Notes under the pieces: model-generated
The model's database searches: none
What the model saw: the letters and a program-made list of their open reading frames with translations, nothing else
Told to the model about the DNA's origin: nothing
Program-made: the position numbers and the translations under genes
Assembly: GCA_039683575.1 (NCBI GenBank)
Contig: JBDKRC010000330.1
Span: 1 to 19,477, forward strand
Source of the DNA: Armatimonadia bacterium
GTDB taxonomy: Bacteria; Armatimonadota; Zipacnadia; Zipacnadales; UBA11051
Reading direction: 5' to 3'
Length of the DNA: 19,477 nucleotides
Shown: one piece after another, positions 8,210-14,040 of the stretch
How positions within the stretch are numbered: position 1 is the first letter of the stretch
How the letters are laid out: each line of letters begins with the position of its first letter

Positions 8210-9184
8210 GTGGGTATCGCAATTCAGCAGACAGCAAAGATGGAATACCGGCGACTGGGCGAATCCGGAGAGCAAGTCTCCGCGATTATCCTGGGAGCCT
8301 GGCAATTCGGTAAGGCCAACTGGACTGGTGTCGAGGATCAGGAATCCATAGCGACCATGCAGGCCGCTCTCGATGCGGGTATAAACATGATCGATACCGC
8401 CGCCGCTTACGGCGACGGCTACTCCGAAGAGATCGTCGGCAGGGCCGTCTCCGGCCGCCGCGAGGAAGTACTGCTCGCCAGCAAGTGCGACGGCGACCCC
8501 AATCGCATTCGCGACGTGATAGACAAGGCGCTAAAGCGCCTCCAAACTGACCACATCGATCTCTACCAGATACACTATCCGCTGCCGAAGTACCCGGTCG
8601 CCGACGCCGTCGGCGCTATGGATGAGCTGCGGCAGGCTGGCAAGATTCGCTGGATCGGTGTCTCAAACTTCAGCCTCCCGCAGATGCAGGAGGCCGTGCG
8701 GACTGCACGCGTCGAGACCTGTCAGCCGCCATACAATGTCTTCTGGCGCCAGTTCGAGGATGACGTGCTCCCCTTCTGCCAGGAGAACCGCATCTCGGTA
8801 CTGTCGTACAGCTCCCTCGCGCAGGGCCTTCTCACCGGCAAGTTCCGGAAGCGTGAGGACATTCCCCACGACATCCGCTCGCGCAACAAGCTCTTCGCCG
8901 AGGGTATCTTCGAGCAGTGCGTCGAGGTCGTAGAGATGATGGACGTGTTGGCGCAGCAGTACGATAGGACTCACGCCCAGATAGCCATAGCCTGGGCCCT
9001 CCAGGCTCCCGCCGTAACGGCCCCCATAGTCGGCGCGCGTAACCGCCGCCAACTCGAAGGCAACCTCGGTGGTGTCGGCTTCAGGCTCTCAGACGAAGAC
9101 TGGCAGAAGCTCAGCGAAGCCGGCATGCGCATCAGCAACCAACTCAACTTCGACACTAACATGTGGGGCTACGCTCCCTCCTGA
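8210..9184 (+). CDS. Aldo/keto reductase
   Basis: MEYRRLG, LGAWQFG, GINMIDTAAAYG, catalytic K in LASK, DLYQIH, GKIRWIGVSNF, YSSLAQGLLTGK, PIVGAR; start GTG 8210 after AAGGAG, or ATG 8240. Confidence 0.95.
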   Translation: MGIAIQQTAKMEYRRLGESGEQVSAIILGAWQFGKANWTGVEDQESIATMQAALDAGINMIDTAAAYGDGYSEEIVGRAVSGRREEVLLASKCDGDPNRIRDVIDKALKRLQTDHIDLYQIHYPLPKYPVADAVGAMDELRQAGKIRWIGVSNFSLPQMQEAVRTARVETCQPPYNVFWRQFEDDVLPFCQENRISVLSYSSLAQGLLTGKFRKREDIPHDIRSRNKLFAEGIFEQCVEVVEMMDVLAQQYDRTHAQIAIAWALQAPAVTAPIVGARNRRQLEGNLGGVGFRLSDEDWQKLSEAGMRISNQLNFDTNMWGYAPS

Positions 9185-9302
9185 CGGTGCCGCGTGGGCC
9201 CGACATTCCGTGGCGGGCTCTCTCCGGTCCGCCGCTCAACCTTCATCTTCGTAGGATTTCGGCGAGAGCTACTGCGGCAATACTGGGAATGAGGTGGCAG
9301 AC

Positions 9303-9476
9303 ATGAGCTTGGTCTGGATTCTCCTGGTACTCATCATCGCAGCCGCGATCATCGGCTTCGGTGGTGTGGTTTCCGTGGCGGCATCTATCTTCAAGATCGT
9401 CTTCTGGGTCTTGCTTGTGATGTTCGTGGTCGGCCTGATCATGGGGCTGACCCGGCGGCGCGGAACCGTCGCCTAG
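9303..9476 (+). CDS. DUF1328 (UPF0391/YtjA-like) small membrane protein
   Basis: WILLVLIIAAAIIGFGGVVSVAASIFKIVFWV pattern typical of DUF1328; SD GAGGT at 9291. Confidence 0.85.
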   Translation: MSLVWILLVLIIAAAIIGFGGVVSVAASIFKIVFWVLLVMFVVGLIMGLTRRRGTVA

Positions 9477-9490
9477 TTCATGATTACGTA

Positions 9491-9550
9491 CCCTGCAGGG
9501 CAGGCACCTCACGCCTGCCCTGCAGGGTAGGCACCTCACGCCTGCCCTGC
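9491..9550 (+). repeat. Tandem 27-bp REP-like palindromic repeat (2.2 copies)
   Basis: CCCTGCAGGG(C/T)AGGCACCTCACGCCTG at 9491 and 9518; GCAGGGCAGGC/GCCTGCCCTGC 11-bp stem. Confidence 0.85.
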
Positions 9551-9620
9551 CACCATGTCGGGAAAAGCCCCGTCCCCTCACTGTCTTCGCCCCCACCTGT
9601 TCTCCGTTCCTACTGCGCTG

Positions 9621-9688
9621 TTGAGGAATATCGACATCGAAGATCAGGTCTCCTCTGATTGTTCCAAAGTGGCCTTCCACAGTAACTT
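9621..9688 (+). promoter_or_regulatory. putative regulator boxes plus sigma70 promoter of the small-ORF cluster
   Basis: ATCAGGTCTCCTCTGAT (9643-9659), degenerate box 22 bp upstream, then TTGTTC - N18 - TAACTT (9683-9688). Confidence 0.5.
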
Positions 9689-9750
9689 AGGTACAGTGTC
9701 CGAGAACGGTCGCCGGCTCTTGCAGCCGGCCGCGATACGGAGGGAGCACT

Positions 9751-9987
9751 GTGCAGCGCAATCTTCTCCAGGGCGTCCTCGTCGTCGTCATTTTGGCCTC
9801 CACGATCATGTTTGCTCTCGTGGCGCTTGAGGGCACGCGGCTGTCCACGCCGCCCCCTACGGCGGCCTTCGCCCCGGATGTCCCTGTGGTCCCGGCAGGC
9901 TGGCTGCACGGCCGCTCGCATGTCGTGGTGTTCTCGCCACCGGCACAGCCGGACGAGGCCCAGCGCCTGTCGAGCAGATCTCTGTAG
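9751..9987 (+). CDS. hypothetical small membrane-anchored protein (78 aa)
   Basis: SD GGAGGGAG before GTG; N-terminal hydrophobic helix VLVVVILASTIMFALVAL followed by a Pro-rich tail. Confidence 0.55.
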   Translation: MQRNLLQGVLVVVILASTIMFALVALEGTRLSTPPPTAAFAPDVPVVPAGWLHGRSHVVVFSPPAQPDEAQRLSSRSL

Positions 9988-10023
9988 ATTCGCAGGCCCT
10001 ATGTCCACAAACAGGAGACATCG

Positions 10024-10206
10024 ATGCCACTGCGCATACATTTCAGTGACAGTAATCGGCTCGTTCGCAGCTTCTGGTACCGTTACGCCAGCCGTGACGG
10101 GCGCTGGAGCTTGACCGAACGCGCACCGCTTCGCCCGGAGGCCTCTACGCCGCCGGAACATGTGGCCAGGCTACAACAGCCGCCGAGGTCACCGGCACGA
10201 GGGTGA
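10024..10206 (+). CDS. hypothetical small basic protein (60 aa)
   Basis: SD AGGAG about 6 nt upstream; co-oriented with neighbours. Confidence 0.45.
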   Translation: MPLRIHFSDSNRLVRSFWYRYASRDGRWSLTERAPLRPEASTPPEHVARLQQPPRSPARG

Positions 10207-10307
10207 GCACCATGTCTGTAAAGGACCTGCTGAAGACGCGGCACGACACTGGGAAGGCTTCTGGCGGGCAGAGCACCTGCCAAACCTACGTAGCGGAGGA
10301 CTGGATC

Positions 10308-10622
10308 ATGAGTGATGACATTGGTTACTCAGGGGACGACTGGGGCTGCTGCGAGGACACCAGTACCACGACCAGCACAGGCTCTAGCTGGATGAGCATC
10401 GCGAGCTTTGCGCTCGGCCTCCTGGCCCTCGGCACTGCCATCTACGCGGCCTTCGCGCCTCGCAATGTCGTGGAGAGCACGCGACAGAAGGTCCAAAGTG
10501 CCGCCACCCGAGCCGCCACCCAGGCGCGGGAGCTTGCAGAGACGACCCGCGAGACCATCGGTGCCGGTAGCAGTTCCGCCGGCAGCGGCATGGGCACGAT
10601 GAGCAGCGCCCCCGGCCTCTGA
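10308..10622 (+). CDS. YtxH-like membrane-anchored general stress protein
   Basis: SD GGAGGA at 10295; TM FALGLLALGTAIYAAFAP followed by ESTRQKV amphipathic helix resembles YtxH (..LFAP...ETR..L); longer in-frame start at 10203 possible. Confidence 0.6.
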   Translation: MSDDIGYSGDDWGCCEDTSTTTSTGSSWMSIASFALGLLALGTAIYAAFAPRNVVESTRQKVQSAATRAATQARELAETTRETIGAGSSSAGSGMGTMSSAPGL

Positions 10623-10651
10623 ATGGTCCCTTGTCGGTCTATCGTCGCGTG

Positions 10652-10685
10652 TGCGGCCCGTCCTGCTTCAACAGGACGGGCCGCA
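10652..10685 (+). terminator. Strong hairpin (terminator or mRNA stabiliser) between the YtxH-like gene and the ligase
   Basis: Perfect 14-bp stem TGCGGCCCGTCCTG/CAGGACGGGCCGCA, 6-nt loop; weak U-tract. Confidence 0.55.
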
Positions 10686-10741
10686 TTGTCGCCTGCACCG
10701 CGGCCAAATCCGCGCCTTGCACTGGAGCTTGAGCCACACCC

Positions 10742-11791
10742 ATGACCACGACCGTTGCTTCCCCTCTGCTATCCGCTGCGTCCGGTCCGCTCAGAAAGAC
10801 CGCCTTTCCACTCCACCTCCAGCCGATGCTGGCCGTCCTTTCCACCATGCCACCCGATCAGGCCAACTGGGGCTTCGAGTATAAATGGGATGGTGTCCGC
10901 TGCCTGGCCTACTGGAAACCTGGCACCCTCACCCTCGAGAGCCGCAACCTCCTGGACACGACCTCCCAGTACCCGGAGCTTCAGGCCTTGCGGGACAACC
11001 TCCCCGACGTGCCGGCGGTGCTCGACGGCGAGATCATCGCGATCAACGAAAAGGGCCGCGTCAGCTTCCTGAACCTCTCCCACCGCATGCACGTAGTAAG
11101 TTCGCAGCGGGTCGAGCAGCGCGCCGCCCTGTACCCGGTCACCTTCATGATCTTCGATATCCTCTACCTGGATGGCTACTCGACCATGGAGCTGCCCTAC
11201 ACCGAGCGCCGCGCGATCCTTGAGGGGCTCAAGCTCGACGGCCCAAACTGGCGCACCCCGCCGTACTACGCGGGTCTGGGCGATCAGATGTCCCAGGCCG
11301 CTCACACTGCGCGCCTGGAGGGCATAGTCGCCAAGCGCCTCGATAGCGTGTACGAACCCGGCAAACGCACGGGCGCCTGGCGCAAGCTCAAGTTCGTAGG
11401 CCGTCAGGAGTTCATCATCGGCGGCTGGCTCCCTTACAAGGCCAATGACCTCAACATGGTCGGCTCGCTGCTCCTGGGCTACAACGACGAGGTAGCGAAG
11501 CCCGGCAAGCCTCTCCCGCCGCTACACTACGCTGGCAGCGTAGGAACCGGCTTCGCCGAAAAGACCCGCCGCGAGCTAGCCGCTCTCATGAAGGCCCGTC
11601 CCAGCGACCGCAGCCCCTTCAGCGGCAACACCGGCAAACACGGCGCCATATTCGTGCGTCCAGACCTCATAGCAGAAGTGGAATACCGCGGCTGGTCGCC
11701 GGCAGGCAGTCTCCGCCAGCCGTCCTTCAAGGGCCTCCGCGAAGACAAAGACCCGCGGGAAATAGTCCGCGAAAGCCGCTGGAAATCGTAG
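10742..11791 (+). CDS. ligD: ATP-dependent DNA ligase, LigD ligase domain (NHEJ)
   Basis: Motif I EYKWDG, LDGEII, FDILYLDG, EGIVAKR, WRKLK, OB-fold YAGSVGTGF and LRQPSFKGLREDK. Confidence 0.94.
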   Translation: MTTTVASPLLSAASGPLRKTAFPLHLQPMLAVLSTMPPDQANWGFEYKWDGVRCLAYWKPGTLTLESRNLLDTTSQYPELQALRDNLPDVPAVLDGEIIAINEKGRVSFLNLSHRMHVVSSQRVEQRAALYPVTFMIFDILYLDGYSTMELPYTERRAILEGLKLDGPNWRTPPYYAGLGDQMSQAAHTARLEGIVAKRLDSVYEPGKRTGAWRKLKFVGRQEFIIGGWLPYKANDLNMVGSLLLGYNDEVAKPGKPLPPLHYAGSVGTGFAEKTRRELAALMKARPSDRSPFSGNTGKHGAIFVRPDLIAEVEYRGWSPAGSLRQPSFKGLREDKDPREIVRESRWKS

Positions 11792-11811
11792 GGGCGGACC
11801 GTGGTCCGCCC
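11788..11811 (+). repeat. GTAG-type REP-like element
   Basis: GTAG + GGGCGGACC-GT-GGTCCGCCC perfect 9-bp stem; its TAG is the ligase stop codon. Confidence 0.7.
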
Positions 11812-11913
11812 GCGTGCCTTTCGGAGGGGCGCTTTAGCCGACCCGTCGTCGTCGCCGACCAACCATCGGCCCCACCGGAGGGGCCGGCCGCCTTACCAGG
11901 AGGAACGGAAAAC

Positions 11914-12711
11914 ATGCCACCACGCCCCATCTGGACCGGGTCCATCAGCTTCGGCCTCGTCAACATCCCCGTGCGTCTCGTCACCGCCGTTCGCCGCACG
12001 GAGATCTCCTTCCACCAACTACACGGGAAGGATGGCGTCCGCCTCCGCCAGAAGCTCATCTGCCCGGCCGACCAGGAGGAGGTCTCCCGCGACGACATCG
12101 TCCGCGGCTATGAGATCGCCCCCGACCAGTACGTGATCGTGGACGAGGCCGAACTCGATGCCTTCGTCCCCGAGAGCAGCCGCAACATGGACATCACCGA
12201 CTTCGTCGACCTCCCGCAGATCGACCCGATCTACTACGACCGCCCCTACTATCTACTCCCCGGCGAGAACGCCGAGCGCCCCTACCACCTCCTCGTTCGC
12301 GCCATGGAAGAGGCGGGCAAGGTCGGCATCGCCAAGTTCGTGATGCGCCAAAAGGAGTACCTCGCCGCCCTCCGCCCCGTGCGCGGCGCCATCTGCCTGG
12401 AGATCATGCACTTCGCCGATGAAGTCATCCCCATAGACGAACTTGGTGTGCCTGAGAAGATGGAAGTGGACGAACGCCAGCTAAAGGTTGCCAACCAGCT
12501 CATCGAGGCCCTCGCGTCTGACTTCGAACCCGGCAAGTACCATGACGAGTACACCGAACAGGTCCGCGACCTTCTGGCCAAGAAGGCCGAGGGCGAAGTC
12601 ATCAAGCCTCCCCCCGTCTCTGAAGCCCAGCCGACTGAGCCTGTGGACCTCCTCGCCGCTCTTGAAGCAAGCCTCAAGACCGCCCGCGAAAGGCAGCCGC
12701 AGCCTGCATGA
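11914..12711 (+). CDS. ku: Ku protein (NHEJ end-binding)
   Basis: IWTGSISFGLVNIPVRL, DIVRGYE, IDPIYYDRPYYL, FEPGKYHDEY, DLLAALEASL; SD AGGAGG. Confidence 0.97.
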   Translation: MPPRPIWTGSISFGLVNIPVRLVTAVRRTEISFHQLHGKDGVRLRQKLICPADQEEVSRDDIVRGYEIAPDQYVIVDEAELDAFVPESSRNMDITDFVDLPQIDPIYYDRPYYLLPGENAERPYHLLVRAMEEAGKVGIAKFVMRQKEYLAALRPVRGAICLEIMHFADEVIPIDELGVPEKMEVDERQLKVANQLIEALASDFEPGKYHDEYTEQVRDLLAKKAEGEVIKPPPVSEAQPTEPVDLLAALEASLKTARERQPQPA

Positions 12712-13628
12712 GCAAGACCTTGGAGACCCAACTCGCGGGGCACACCCTGCGCCTGTCCAATCTCGACAAGGTGCTATACCCCAGCGTCGGCTTCACGAAG
12801 GCCGAGGTCATTGACTACTACGTCCGCATCGCCGACACGGTCATGCCCCACGTGCGCAACCGCCCGATGACCATGGCCCGCTATCCCGACGGCGTCGAGG
12901 GCGAGATGTTCTACCAAAAGCGCTGCCCCGACCACAAACCCGACTACGTGCGCAAAGTGTACGTGTGGAGCGAGACGTACAAGCGCAAGGTCACCTTTTG
13001 CGTCATCGACGACCTCGCGTCCCTCATCTACCTCATCAACCTCGCCGCCATCGAACTCCACCCTCTCCTTGCCACCGCCGATGACGTCAACACCCCCACC
13101 CTCATGACCTTCGACCTCGACCCCGGCCCGGGCGCCGACCTCGTGGACTGCTCCCGTGTCGCCCTGCAGCTCCGCGACCTCCTGCGCCAGGCCGGCCTGG
13201 ATTGCTTCCCCAAAACGTCGGGCAAGAAGGGCATGCACCTCAACGTGCCGCTCAACACTCCCTGCACCTACGACGAGACCAAAGGCTTCGCCCGCGCCAT
13301 AGCGATGCTGCTCGAGAAGTACCACCCCGAGCAGGTCACCTCGAACATGCGCAAGGACCTCCGCCGCAGCAAGGTCTTCGTGGACTGGTCGCAAAACGAC
13401 GAGCACAAGAGCACCGTCTGCGTCTACTCCCTCAGGGTCTGGGAGCGACCGACCGTTTCGACACCGCTGAAGTGGGAGGAAGTTCAGGACGCTGTGGACC
13501 GCAAGGACGGCTCCGGCCTCAGCTTTGAGACCGAACAGACCCTCGAGCGCGTCCAACAATACGGGGATCTATACGCACTGGTAGCCACGCTGCAACAGAA
13601 CATGCCGGTGCTGACTGGAGTGTCATGA
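12708..13628 (+). CDS. ligD: LigD polymerase (primase-like PolDom) stand-alone protein
   Basis: LSNLDKVLYP, RYPDGV, FYQK, ELHP, FDLDPG, KTSGKKGMH, VFVDWSQN, VSTPLKWEE; ATGA overlap with ku. Confidence 0.95.
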   Translation: MSKTLETQLAGHTLRLSNLDKVLYPSVGFTKAEVIDYYVRIADTVMPHVRNRPMTMARYPDGVEGEMFYQKRCPDHKPDYVRKVYVWSETYKRKVTFCVIDDLASLIYLINLAAIELHPLLATADDVNTPTLMTFDLDPGPGADLVDCSRVALQLRDLLRQAGLDCFPKTSGKKGMHLNVPLNTPCTYDETKGFARAIAMLLEKYHPEQVTSNMRKDLRRSKVFVDWSQNDEHKSTVCVYSLRVWERPTVSTPLKWEEVQDAVDRKDGSGLSFETEQTLERVQQYGDLYALVATLQQNMPVLTGVS

Positions 13629-13629
13629 A

Positions 13630-13812
13630 ATGCAAAAGACCTACGGATCGCGCCTGCTGACCATTCTGGGGATCATCGCCACCACAATCATCGTCGTGGA
13701 CCGCCTGTCCAGCATGATAGAGCGCATGGTGCGCCTCTACCACTGGCAAGACGAGTTCCGCCAGGCCCACCGCCTCCGCAACGCCGTGCAACACGCCGAG
13801 GTAGGCGACTAG
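13630..13812 (+). CDS. hypothetical small membrane protein (60 aa)
   Basis: Starts 1 nt after the PolDom stop, GGAG at 13617-13620, hydrophobic LLTILGIIATTIIVV. Confidence 0.55.
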   Translation: MQKTYGSRLLTILGIIATTIIVVDRLSSMIERMVRLYHWQDEFRQAHRLRNAVQHAEVGD

Positions 13813-13840
13813 ATCCGGCCCGCTTCGCGTGCTGCCCTAT

Positions 13841-13936
13841 GGAGGGGCCGCGCGGAGACCGTCTGCGGTCTCACAGCGGCCCAGCCGTTATCCCCGAAGA
13901 CCTTCAACACCGCGTAGTGCGGCCGTCTCGGCCGCA
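13841..13936 (+). repeat. Two REP-like hairpins
   Basis: GGAG+GGGCCGC..GAGACCG-TCTG-CGGTCTC..GCGGCCC (13841-13882) and GTAG+TGCGGCCG-TCT-CGGCCGCA (13914-13936). Confidence 0.6.
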
Positions 13937-13955
13937 TCCGCGCCGCCGTTCCCTG

Positions 13956-13984
13956 TTGACGCCGCAGCCATATTCCACTACCGT
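13956..13984 (+). promoter_or_regulatory. putative sigma70 promoter of the HEAT-repeat gene
   Basis: TTGACG (13956-13961) - N17 - TACCGT (13979-13984). Confidence 0.55.
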
Positions 13985-14040
13985 ATCTGCAGTGCTGTCC
14001 TCAAGCTCCGGCCCAAGGGCCATGTTGGGGGGTATCGCGC

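Noticed and set aside
9491-9550. CRISPR array
   Set aside because: Units are directly adjacent with no spacers, and there are no cas genes
12774-13559. 261-aa minus-strand ORF
   Set aside because: Antisense shadow of the LigD polymerase gene caused by its C-ending codon bias
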